DNA of 64,000 nucleotides, taken from positions 32,001 to 96,000 of the IMG/VR virus record IMGVR_UViG_3300028840_003271, one strand, 5' to 3'. Positions 55,248 through 64,000 of the stretch are shown here, piece by piece. The notes beneath the pieces were generated by a model, which saw only the letters and a program-made list of their open reading frames with translations, had not been told where the DNA came from and made no database searches. This DNA is from a virus. Numbering within the stretch: position 1 is the stretch's first letter; each line of letters opens with the position of its first letter. The position numbers and the translations under genes are program-made.

Positions 55248-55540
55248 TGAGTAAACATAACGGTAACGGTAGTCGAAATTATCGTTCTTTAGCATATCGA
55301 AAGTGGCGAAAAGCTGTTCGGAATAGGGATGGTGGTCGATGTCAGTGGCCAGGATGTAAACATAAAGGTAGAGTGTATGCTCATCATATTCGTAAATGGG
55401 AAGATTATCCGTCATTAAGATATGATGTGGATAATGGAATTTGTTTATGTTATCGTCATCATAAGCAAGTTACTGGACGAGAGGAGGAATATGTGAAATT
55501 TTTTAAGATGATTCTTAGGAGAAATGAAAATGCAGATTGA
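55247..55540 (+). CDS. HNH endonuclease
   Basis: WR.AV..RD...CQ..GC......AHHI......P.LRYDV.NGICLC..HH. Confidence 0.85.
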   Translation: MSKHNGNGSRNYRSLAYRKWRKAVRNRDGGRCQWPGCKHKGRVYAHHIRKWEDYPSLRYDVDNGICLCYRHHKQVTGREEEYVKFFKMILRRNENAD

Positions 55541-55880
55541 AGATCAAAAATATATTTATTGTTGGAAGTGTGGAAACAAAATACCTGAACCCGGTCGTTT
55601 AGATTGGTCTAATAAAGCTTGTAATGAATGTAGTCAAGAAGTCTATAAAATTTTTAATAAATATGGTCCATGGGAGTATATACCGGTTACTGGTTGTGTA
55701 ACACAGGTTGGTTTAACAGATAGACCAAATTGGTCAAACTATGAAGAAATGAAAGATATTATTACATTAAAAGCTTTTGGGTTTGATGAGCAATACGATT
55801 CTTATCTTTTGAAAAAAAAGAAGTATTCTCATATTAATGTAATTTTTTGTGGTCCTATAATTCACTATAATAAGGAATAA
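55524..55880 (+). CDS. Hypothetical zinc-binding protein
   Basis: CWKC...CNEC. Confidence 0.5.
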   Translation: MKMQIEDQKYIYCWKCGNKIPEPGRLDWSNKACNECSQEVYKIFNKYGPWEYIPVTGCVTQVGLTDRPNWSNYEEMKDIITLKAFGFDEQYDSYLLKKKKYSHINVIFCGPIIHYNKE

Positions 55881-55882
55881 AA

Positions 55883-56260
55883 ATGTATCCAGAAATAGGA
55901 AGCGAAATAACGATTAAATGGGATGGGTTGAGTTATGTGGATGACAAGGGTTTTGCGTTTTTAAAATTTATACCTGTTGATGATATCAATAAGAAATTTC
56001 CAGATTTTTGGAAACATTTACCTACTGGTAGTGTTGATAATGTTACTCAACCTACTTATTATAGTAAGTTTAATGGTTTTGGTGATGGATGTGTGAATAG
56101 AAAATATTGTCCAAATTGTGATATTTGGTATGTTTGCGACAGTTCTGGTACAAAAAATCGAGATAATATTGTTTATATTGATGGGCCGTGTTGTTGTGGA
56201 ATGTGGAGATGTGATAGGTGTGGAGGTAATTTAAAATTAACAAATGAAAATATTAATTGA
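55883..56260 (+). CDS. Hypothetical Cys-rich protein
   Basis: CPNC...CCC...CDRC. Confidence 0.5.
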   Translation: MYPEIGSEITIKWDGLSYVDDKGFAFLKFIPVDDINKKFPDFWKHLPTGSVDNVTQPTYYSKFNGFGDGCVNRKYCPNCDIWYVCDSSGTKNRDNIVYIDGPCCCGMWRCDRCGGNLKLTNENIN

Positions 56261-56327
56261 TACAAGAGAAAAAATTCCATGGAAATTTGAGTCAACTTCT
56301 GCTTCATATGAAAAAATTTTATGAGAA
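56244..56327 (+). pseudogene. Collapsed remnant of the ERCC4 gene (5' 63 nt joined to 3' 21 nt)
   Basis: 56244..56306 equals 57161..57223 with 1 mismatch; 56307..56327 equals 57574..57594. Confidence 0.85.
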
Positions 56328-56346
56328 TTTTAGTAAGAAATAAAAA

Positions 56347-57177
56347 ATGAAAGCCGTACATATAAACGATTATACATGTGGTACTGGTTATCCATTATTA
56401 ATTATGGCTGGTCCTTGTGTTATTGAGAGTGAAGAATTAACTTTAGAGATAGCACAATATCTTAAAAAAATTACTGATAGATTAGGGTTGCAATTAGTAT
56501 TTAAGGCATCTTTTTGTAAAGATAATCGTACAAGTATTCAATCGTATCGTGGAGTTGAATTATCGAGTGCTATTAAGATTTTTCAGCGTATTAAAAGTGA
56601 AATTAAATTACCTATTGTTACGGATATTCATCAACCTTATCATGCAGAAGCTCTTAAAAATGTTATAGATATTATACAAATTCCTGCTTTTTTATGTCGT
56701 CAGACAAGTTTGTTGTTAGCTGCTGGTTTGACCGGTTTACCTGTACATGTTAAAAAAAGCCAAATGATGTCTCCTAATGATATGAAATATGTTATTGAAA
56801 AATTAAAGCATGTTGATTGTAAGCAGATTTTACTTTGTGAACGAGGTACTTTTTTTGGTTATGGTAATTTGGTAAACGATATGACTTCTATTCTTAAAAT
56901 GCAGCAATTGGGAGTTCCTGTGATATTTGATGCTACTCATAGTGTGCAAAACAGACATAATAGTAATCAAATAAGTGGTGGTAATATTGAAATGATTGTT
57001 CCGTTAGCTAAAGCAGCGGTAGCTATAGGAGTAAATGGTTTATTTTTTGAAGTACATCCAACACCTCAATTAGCTTTAAGTGATAGTGCAAGTATGTTGT
57101 CGCTTGATAATTTTGAGGATTTATTACAGCGATTATTATTAATTCGTAAAGTTGTTGATAATGAAAATAATAATTGA
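56347..57177 (+). CDS. kdsA: KDO8P synthase (3-deoxy-8-phosphooctulonate synthase)
   Basis: AGPCVIES, FKASF.K.NRTS..SYRG, QIPAFLCRQT.LL, ERG..FGY..LV.D, FDATHSVQ and F.EVHP.P..A.SD. Confidence 0.92.
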   Translation: MKAVHINDYTCGTGYPLLIMAGPCVIESEELTLEIAQYLKKITDRLGLQLVFKASFCKDNRTSIQSYRGVELSSAIKIFQRIKSEIKLPIVTDIHQPYHAEALKNVIDIIQIPAFLCRQTSLLLAAGLTGLPVHVKKSQMMSPNDMKYVIEKLKHVDCKQILLCERGTFFGYGNLVNDMTSILKMQQLGVPVIFDATHSVQNRHNSNQISGGNIEMIVPLAKAAVAIGVNGLFFEVHPTPQLALSDSASMLSLDNFEDLLQRLLLIRKVVDNENNN

Positions 57178-57604
57178 TACAAGAGAAAAAATTCCATGGA
57201 AATTTGAGTCAACTTCTGCTTCAACTGAAGTGTGTAAGCTTGATACTGGTGATTATAGTTTAGAAGGATTTGAAAAACAATTTATTATTGAGAGAAAAAA
57301 GAGCGTGTCGGAACTTGCTGGTAATATCACCCAAAAAAGATTTGTACGCGAATTACAAAGAATGAGTGAATATGAATGCCCGTTTATGATTTTAGAATTT
57401 GATTTTCGTCACATTGACGATTTTCCTAACGAACTTCCATATCCAGTTAGAAAGAAAATTAAAATTAGTGGAAATTTTATTATTAGCAAGCTGTCTGAAT
57501 ATATGGTAAAATATAATGTGAAAATTTTACCTTGTAGTTGTACAGTATATGCTGAACATGTAGCATATTCTATTATGAAAAAATTTTATGAGAAAAATAG
57601 ATAA
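57161..57604 (+). CDS. ERCC4-domain nuclease
   Basis: IIDTRE, L.TGDYS and IERK motifs. Confidence 0.85.
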   Translation: MKIIIDTREKIPWKFESTSASTEVCKLDTGDYSLEGFEKQFIIERKKSVSELAGNITQKRFVRELQRMSEYECPFMILEFDFRHIDDFPNELPYPVRKKIKISGNFIISKLSEYMVKYNVKILPCSCTVYAEHVAYSIMKKFYEKNR

Positions 57605-58208
57605 TTATATTAATAAAATTATTTTAGGTGATTGTTTACAGGTAATGAAAGAAATTCCGTCTTCATCTATAGACTTAATTATTACAGATCCACCATATGA
57701 AGAAAAATATAATTATTTATGGGAACCTTTTGCCGAGCAATCTTCACGATTATTAAAAGTTGGTGGTTCGTTAGTTACTTTGTGTGGACACTATCAATTA
57801 CCGTATGTTATTTCTTCTCTCAATAAATATTTGAGATATTGGTGGATTGGTTGGTTATATCATCCTGGAAATTTTAATAGATTTCCTGGTAAATGGGTGT
57901 GTATAACAGGTAAACCTTTTTTATGGTATGTAAAAGAAAAAAGAAAAAAGAAAGACTATAGGTGTCCCGAAGATACTATTTTTAGTGATTTACAACAATC
58001 TAAAATAGCAAAACTAAAACATAAATGGGGACAGTCAGAAAATTTGTTCAGTAAGTATATTAAAGAATTATCAAACGAAAACGATGTTATATTAGATCCT
58101 TTTATTGGTTCTGGTACAACTATTAGAGTTGCTAAGAAATTAAATAGAAAATTTATTGGTATTGAAATTGATAAGAAATATTATGAATTATGTAAGGAAA
58201 TTGAATGA
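57588..58208 (+). CDS. Site-specific DNA methyltransferase (N6-A/N4-C, beta class)
   Basis: TDPPY and LDPFIGSGTT...R.FIGIE. Confidence 0.88.
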   Translation: MRKIDNYINKIILGDCLQVMKEIPSSSIDLIITDPPYEEKYNYLWEPFAEQSSRLLKVGGSLVTLCGHYQLPYVISSLNKYLRYWWIGWLYHPGNFNRFPGKWVCITGKPFLWYVKEKRKKKDYRCPEDTIFSDLQQSKIAKLKHKWGQSENLFSKYIKELSNENDVILDPFIGSGTTIRVAKKLNRKFIGIEIDKKYYELCKEIE

Positions 58209-60313
58209 GCAATTTTGAAGAAATTTTAAAACCAATAAATCAAAGTAAACACGGTTGGGTAGATGATGCTTGGTTAGGATTGGGTGATACGTCTAATTTA
58301 CGATTTCGTAATCCACTTATAAAAACAACTCCATTAGAACGAGAAAATATTGGTTTAAAAGAGTTGAAGTTGATGAGAGATCCAGAATATTTATATTTTG
58401 CTGCTCGTTTATTGTTGAATGTCGAACTTATTCCAATGCAATGTGCTGTTATGGAAGAACTTTGGACAAGACCTTTTCCTATGATGATATGTTCTCGTGG
58501 ATTTTCAAAAACGTTTTTACTTGCTGTTTATTCTCTTTTAAAATGTGCTTTATATCCTGATCAAAAAATTATTGTTGTTGGTGCTGCTTTTCGTCAATCA
58601 AGATTAGTATGGGAATATATGATTAAAATTTGGGATAATGCTCCAATTTTACAATCTATTGCTGTAAAAGGTACAAGATTTGGTCCAAAAAGAGAAGTAG
58701 ATAGATGTAGCTTTTTTATTAATAGTAGTGTGACGCATTGTATTCCGCTGGGTACGGGAGAAAAAATTCGTGGTATGAGAGCTACAACTATTTTAGTTGA
58801 TGAATTTAGTTCTGTTAGTCCTGAAATTTATGAAACTGTTGTTGCTGGTTTTGCTGCCGTGTCTTCAGATCCAGTTACTAATATAAAAGAAGCAGCAAGA
58901 CGAAAAGAAATGAACAAACTGGGAATTTGGACGGCCGATGCTGAGAAAAAATATCAAACCAAAGGTGGTAATCAAGCAATTATTTCTGGAACAGCTTCTT
59001 ATGATTTTAATCATTTTGCTGATTATTGGAAAAGATATAAATCAATTATTGAAAGCAAAGGAAATTTAGAAAGATTAAAAGATATTGTTGGTGAAGACGC
59101 TTTATCTGATAATTTTAATTGGAGAGATTATTCAATTATTCGTATTCCATACGAACTCATACCTGAAGGATTTATGGATGATCGTCAAGTTATACGAGCA
59201 AAAGCTACTGTTCATAGTGGTGTTTATATGACTGAATATAGTGCTGTTTTTGCTTTAGATTCAACTGGTTTTTTTAAACGGTCTCTAATAGAAAAATGTG
59301 TAACTTCAGATGTTGAACCTGTTGTTTTACCTTCTGGAAAAATTTGGTTTGACGCTATATTAAGGGGAGATGAAAAATATAAATACGTTATTGGAGTAGA
59401 CCCTGCTGTAGGTAGTGATGCTAAAACTGGTGGTGACAATTTTTCAATTGTGGTTTTAGAACTTCGTCAAGATCATACTCGAATTGTATATTGTTGGTCA
59501 ACTAACCGAAAAGAGTTTAAACGACGATTAAAAGAAGGATTGTCAGATAAGTATGATTTTTATGGTTTTTGTTCTCGTAAAATTCGTGATTTAGTAAGTG
59601 CGTTTCCTTGTGTTGGTATTGCACTTGATACTCAGGGTGGTGGTCGAGCTATTTTGGAAGCATTACAAGATCCAGATAAAATGAAAGAGGGTGAAATTGC
59701 TATTCTACCAGTAATTGATGATGATCATCCTGCCGATACTGACAATTTGCCCGGTAAACATATTATTCATTTATGTCAATTTGCTAGTTCTGATTGGACT
59801 GCTGAGGCTAATCATGGTCTGAGAAAAGATTTTGAAGACCGAGTTTTATTGTTTCCAAGATTTGATCCATTAAGTTTAGAAATATCTAGTGAAGATGATG
59901 AGAGAAGAAGATTAGCGTGGGAAAAACGACATCCTGGTAAAAAGTTTAATATTTATGATACACTGGAAGATTGTGTAATGGAAATTGAAGAATTAAAAAA
60001 TGAGTTATGTACGATTGTTCAAACTCGTACAGGAACAGGTGTACAGGCTCGTGATCGTTGGGACACTCCAGAAACAAAATTGCCTAATGGAAGAAAAGGT
60101 CGTCTCCGTAAAGATAGATATTCTGCTTTAGTTATGGCAAATATGATTGCTCGTAATATTCAAAGATATGTTCCACCACCCGAATACGAAGTGATTGGTG
60201 GAAACACTAAAATTCTTAAAGGTAAACATGCTTCTGGAAAATTATATCATGGTCCAGAATGGTTTACAAAAGAAGTAAATCGTGGTTTTATTGGTCGAGC
60301 AATTTCTAAATAG
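58205..60313 (+). CDS. terL: Terminase large subunit
   Basis: P.Q motif, variant Walker A SRGFSKT, RG.RA, Walker B ILVDEF, nuclease GVDPA and KDRYSAL. Confidence 0.9.
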   Translation: MSNFEEILKPINQSKHGWVDDAWLGLGDTSNLRFRNPLIKTTPLERENIGLKELKLMRDPEYLYFAARLLLNVELIPMQCAVMEELWTRPFPMMICSRGFSKTFLLAVYSLLKCALYPDQKIIVVGAAFRQSRLVWEYMIKIWDNAPILQSIAVKGTRFGPKREVDRCSFFINSSVTHCIPLGTGEKIRGMRATTILVDEFSSVSPEIYETVVAGFAAVSSDPVTNIKEAARRKEMNKLGIWTADAEKKYQTKGGNQAIISGTASYDFNHFADYWKRYKSIIESKGNLERLKDIVGEDALSDNFNWRDYSIIRIPYELIPEGFMDDRQVIRAKATVHSGVYMTEYSAVFALDSTGFFKRSLIEKCVTSDVEPVVLPSGKIWFDAILRGDEKYKYVIGVDPAVGSDAKTGGDNFSIVVLELRQDHTRIVYCWSTNRKEFKRRLKEGLSDKYDFYGFCSRKIRDLVSAFPCVGIALDTQGGGRAILEALQDPDKMKEGEIAILPVIDDDHPADTDNLPGKHIIHLCQFASSDWTAEANHGLRKDFEDRVLLFPRFDPLSLEISSEDDERRRLAWEKRHPGKKFNIYDTLEDCVMEIEELKNELCTIVQTRTGTGVQARDRWDTPETKLPNGRKGRLRKDRYSALVMANMIARNIQRYVPPPEYEVIGGNTKILKGKHASGKLYHGPEWFTKEVNRGFIGRAISK

Positions 60314-60322
60314 GTGTATAAT
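60313..60322 (+). promoter_or_regulatory. Putative phage late promoter motif
   Basis: GGTGTATAAT between terL and the portal gene. Confidence 0.55.
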
Positions 60323-60344
60323 TCTATTATAATAGGATTGTAAT

Positions 60345-62483
60345 ATGACTAATCAAAGAAAATATAAATCTGGTGTTGATTTAGCTAATATGGGTGGGTC
60401 GAAAGCGGCATATGTTACTTGGACTGGTGAAAAAATTAGTCCAGAAGCTTTGAATGCTTGGTCTAAGACTATTGATGATCTTAATCCAATTCAACGCAAT
60501 CGTGGAGTTACACGGGGTCGGTGGAATCAAGATTTATCAGATTTACAAACCGATGTGTCTGGTCGTCCTGGTCTTTCGCCCAATGATTATTATGCATTTC
60601 GTCCAGAACTTCGTCCACCTACAAAATTTGCTGATATTTTATCTTCAGTAAACGATATTTATTATTCTATTGGTCTTATTCGTAATATTATTGACTTGAT
60701 GAGCGATTTTGCCTGTTCGGGCATTGATATTGTTCATCCTAATAAAAGAATTGAAAAGTTTTATCAACGATGGTTCCAAAAAGTTAATGGTCCTGAAAGA
60801 AGTGAAAGATTTCTCAATAATTTATATCGGTTGGGCAATATTGTTATTCGAAAACAAACAGCAATAATTAAGAAAAAGAAAAAGCAAACATTATATAAAA
60901 CGTTAGGTAAAGAAGATATTGAACTTGAAAAAGAAACCGTAAATAAGGGTGAAATTCCATGGAGATATTCATTTTTATATCCTGGTTATGTTGAAAATAT
61001 TGGTGGCCCGTTATCTTCTTTTCTCAATAAACCTATTTTGGCTGTAAAACTTTCAAATAAATTATCTCAGGCTCTTAAAGGAGCAGATTCTAAAATACTT
61101 TCGTCTTTACCTACAGAAGTTCGTCAAGCTGTAAAATCAAATAGACCAGTTCCATTACCTCCAGAAAAAACACGAGTATTTTATTACAAAAAGGACGATT
61201 GGCAATCTTGGGCTTATCCCTTTCTTTATTCTATTTATGATGATATTAATATGCTTCGTCAATTAAGATTAGCTGATATGGCTGCTCTTGATGGAGCAAT
61301 ATCAAATATTCGTATTTTTAGAATTGGCAATCTTGAACATAAAATTGCTCCAACATCAGTAGCTGCTGCTCGACTAAGTAGCATTCTTGAAGCTAATGTT
61401 GGTGGTGGAACTATTGATATTGTGTGGGGGCCAGATATTGACTTATTGGAAAGTAAAACCAATGTTCATGAGTTTTTGGGAGAAGACAAATATATTCCAC
61501 ACTTAAACGCAATTTATGCCGGTGTGGGTATACCTCCTACTTTAGCTGGACAAGTTGGACAAGGTGGAACTACAAATAATTTAATTAGTTTAAAAACTTT
61601 AATTGCTCGTTTAGAATATGGTCGTAAACTTCTTACACAATTTTGGGAGGAAGAAATTGAAAGTGTGCAAAAAGCTATGGGTTTTCGTCTTCCAGCACGA
61701 ATTGAATTTACAATAACAAATTTAGGAGAAGAAGCTGCTGAACGAGCTTTGTTAGTACAATTAGCTGATCGTAATCTTATTAGTGACGAATTGTTACAAC
61801 GACTTTTCCGACACGATCCTGATATTGAAAGAATACGAATTAAACGAGAAAATCGTGATAAAGAAGATGGTAAAATGGTTCCTAAAGCTGGTCCTTTTCA
61901 TGATCCACAATTTGGTTTGGCTCTTAAGAAAATAGCTTTACAGAGTGGATTATTATCACCTGAGCAATTGGGATTAAGCGAGGATAGTAGTGTTCCATCA
62001 TTAAAAGTTTCTCCAGGAAAACCTCTTCCAAAGGATAATAAAACCGGAGTTCCTGGACGACCTAAAAATGCTAAAGATAAAACAAAGAGAAAAACTAAAA
62101 CATTTGTTCCGAAAACTAAGGCGTCATTAGGATTGTGGGTAAATTCTGTTCAAGAAGAAATTAATAAAATATTATCTCCGTTAATTTTAGCACATTACAA
62201 TAAGAATAATATGAGACAATTAACGAGAAAAGAAATGTTGAATTTTGAACAAATTAAATTTGGAGTTTTGTGTAATTTAGTTCCGTTTGAAAAAATAAAC
62301 AATAATAAAATACAAACCGCATTACAACACTCATTACCTAAAAATGTAAATGGGGTGTATAAAGATATGTGTAGTCAAGCAAGTTACGAAGTCGGACGGA
62401 CTTTGACGCTTGATGAAATGCGGTATTTACAAGCATATACTTATATTTTAGTTCATAAAGGAGAGGAAGATGTCCAAGATTAA
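60345..62483 (+). CDS. Portal protein
   Basis: Position after terL; IRNIIDLM.DFA, K..W..WA.P, GIP..L and C-terminal GRP motif. Confidence 0.8.
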   Translation: MTNQRKYKSGVDLANMGGSKAAYVTWTGEKISPEALNAWSKTIDDLNPIQRNRGVTRGRWNQDLSDLQTDVSGRPGLSPNDYYAFRPELRPPTKFADILSSVNDIYYSIGLIRNIIDLMSDFACSGIDIVHPNKRIEKFYQRWFQKVNGPERSERFLNNLYRLGNIVIRKQTAIIKKKKKQTLYKTLGKEDIELEKETVNKGEIPWRYSFLYPGYVENIGGPLSSFLNKPILAVKLSNKLSQALKGADSKILSSLPTEVRQAVKSNRPVPLPPEKTRVFYYKKDDWQSWAYPFLYSIYDDINMLRQLRLADMAALDGAISNIRIFRIGNLEHKIAPTSVAAARLSSILEANVGGGTIDIVWGPDIDLLESKTNVHEFLGEDKYIPHLNAIYAGVGIPPTLAGQVGQGGTTNNLISLKTLIARLEYGRKLLTQFWEEEIESVQKAMGFRLPARIEFTITNLGEEAAERALLVQLADRNLISDELLQRLFRHDPDIERIRIKRENRDKEDGKMVPKAGPFHDPQFGLALKKIALQSGLLSPEQLGLSEDSSVPSLKVSPGKPLPKDNKTGVPGRPKNAKDKTKRKTKTFVPKTKASLGLWVNSVQEEINKILSPLILAHYNKNNMRQLTRKEMLNFEQIKFGVLCNLVPFEKINNNKIQTALQHSLPKNVNGVYKDMCSQASYEVGRTLTLDEMRYLQAYTYILVHKGEEDVQD

Positions 62484-62706
62484 TGTTGAATTTGATACAA
62501 AAGAAAAATCTTTATCAGTAAAAAAGGATGGTAAAGATGTTGCTAGTGTGAGCGAAGTTATGTTTTATAATTATATGTATGATGATAAGCCACAAGCAGA
62601 AATGTCAATCTATACACGAGAAAAAGTTGATGATGAAGACATGTATGTTGTAACCAAACTTTATGCTTCTGAAGATGGACGAATTTCTAGTAAAAAAATT
62701 AAATAG
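62470..62706 (+). CDS. Hypothetical protein
   Basis: GGAGAGG Shine-Dalgarno; lies in the head module. Confidence 0.55.
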   Translation: MSKINVEFDTKEKSLSVKKDGKDVASVSEVMFYNYMYDDKPQAEMSIYTREKVDDEDMYVVTKLYASEDGRISSKKIK

Positions 62707-62715
62707 GGTTTATTT

Positions 62716-64000
62716 ATGTTTAATTCTAAAATAAAAATATATCGTGCTGAAGCAGAATTAGCAGAGAAAATTGAGCAAAGTGCGTCTGTTGCGTGTTGTT
62801 CTTTATTAGAAACTGCTGATGATAAGTTGAAAAAGCAAATTTTTGGTAATGTGGATAAATTGGGAAAAACCTTTGCTTCTGCTCAAGATAGCGATTTATA
62901 TTTTACGAAATCTTTACTTGTAACTACTTGTTGGAATAAAAATGATGATGTTTTTGCTCCAGAAGAAGTTTGGGCAGCTCGTCATACTCCTTCACATAAA
63001 CGAACAAATTTGGAACATAACGAACATGAGGTTGTTGGTCATATTGTAGATGGATGGCCAATTGATGATGAAGGTAATTTTATTGCTGAAAATACTGTTA
63101 TTGAAGATTTACCACAGAAATTTCATGTGGTTGTTGGTTCAGTAATTTATTTAGTTTGGGAAGATGAAAATTTACAAAAAAGAACAGACGATTTAATTAC
63201 GCAAATTGAAGCAAATGAAAAATATGTGAGTATGGAAGCGTTGTTTACGAGCTTTGATTATGCTGTTCAAAATAAGGATGGAAAATCTAAAGTAATTTCA
63301 CGAGATGAAAATTCAGCATGGATGACAAAATATTTAAGAGCATATGGTGGTTCTGGAGAGTATGAAGGTAATAAAATTGGAAGATTGTTAAGAAATATCA
63401 CTTTTTGCGGTAAAGGGTATGTAGATAAGCCAGCAAATCCAGAAAGTATTATTTTTACTTCTGCTGAAAATTTACCTTTTATTTTGGATAAAGACGAGAA
63501 AAATGAAAATAATACAAATGCTGATATAAGTGGTGTATATATTTTACAGAGTGACGTAAACTCAAATATAACAAAGGGAGAGGATAACATGGCTGATGAA
63601 AAAGAGAAGCAAATTGCTGATCTACAGAAAGAATTGGCTGAAGTTCGAGATCAATTAGCCAAGGCTGATATTGATAAGTATACCTCTCAAATTAGTGATC
63701 TTGAAGATCAGGTTAAAACTTCAACTGAAAAAATTGAAGGTCTAAATAAGCAATTAAAAGAATCGAAAGATAAGTTGGTTGCTATGGAAACCGAACTTAA
63801 AGATCTTAATGAGAGTAAGGCTCAGGTAGAAACTCAATTAGCTGAAGCTAAAAGGGAAAAAATGGTAACTGATCGAATTTCGATGCTAGTTGATGCTGGT
63901 ATTGAAAAAAACGATGCCGAAAAGAAAGTTGAAGTTTTTGCAGATCTTTCTGATGAGCAATTTCAAGTTGTTGCTAAAGAATTAATTGAAGCTAAAAAAA
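62716..64000 (+). CDS. Prohead protease fused to coiled-coil scaffold (runs off the window edge)
   Basis: Manual translation: WNKNDDVF, N.EH....VVGH, VSME and G.G.V.KPANP.S.I protease-like motifs, then heptad coiled coil; in-frame internal ATG at 63589 with strong Shine-Dalgarno. Confidence 0.75.
   Translation, partial: MFNSKIKIYRAEAELAEKIEQSASVACCSLLETADDKLKKQIFGNVDKLGKTFASAQDSDLYFTKSLLVTTCWNKNDDVFAPEEVWAARHTPSHKRTNLEHNEHEVVGHIVDGWPIDDEGNFIAENTVIEDLPQKFHVVVGSVIYLVWEDENLQKRTDDLITQIEANEKYVSMEALFTSFDYAVQNKDGKSKVISRDENSAWMTKYLRAYGGSGEYEGNKIGRLLRNITFCGKGYVDKPANPESIIFTSAENLPFILDKDEKNENNTNADISGVYILQSDVNSNITKGEDNMADEKEKQIADLQKELAEVRDQLAKADIDKYTSQISDLEDQVKTSTEKIEGLNKQLKESKDKLVAMETELKDLNESKAQVETQLAEAKREKMVTDRISMLVDAGIEKNDAEKKVEVFADLSDEQFQVVAKELIEAKK

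Noticed and set aside
58205-60313. Intein or intron in the large terminase
   Set aside because: No intein splice motifs (C/S start, HN end) or LAGLIDADG blocks were seen, and the frame is uninterrupted.
1-64000. Stop-codon reassignment
   Set aside because: Known genes (terL, portal, asnB, ruvB, gmd) are full length in the standard code, TAA, TAG and TGA all end genes, and no suppressor tRNA was found.

Overview
The window is a 64-kb segment of a large, AT-rich (about 30% GC by eye) tailed dsDNA phage genome read in the standard code. Positions 1 to about 48.4 kb are almost all on the minus strand. They hold a glycan-modification cluster (1-12 kb) and nucleotide, RNA-repair and recombination genes (DHFR, RNA ligase, deaminase, RuvB, rIIA/rIIB-like, DUF932). 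They also hold a long accessory region, three tRNAs (Leu-UAA, Ile-UAU, Lys-UUU) and a sharply bounded GC-rich island (about 43.5-47.2 kb) that looks like an immediate-early region. From about 51.5 kb the genes are on the plus strand: sigma factor, gmd, SAM decarboxylase-like, HNH, kdsA, ERCC4 nuclease, DNA methylase, terminase, portal and prohead protease/scaffold (truncated). The best candidate for an undescribed system is at 24-28 kb. There a radical SAM gene sits inside an array of five otherwise unrelated small proteins that all begin MKIRxGFVSNS(S/N)S(S/T)SF, plus a sixth decayed copy the ORF track missed. The codon pattern shows the motif is conserved at the protein level. Other notable signals are duplicated back-to-back sigma70/sigma54-like promoter modules with 44-bp periodic repeats, 'collapsed gene' scars next to inserted genes, and a candidate late promoter GGTGTATA. 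All function calls come from motif recognition by eye; no database searches were run.
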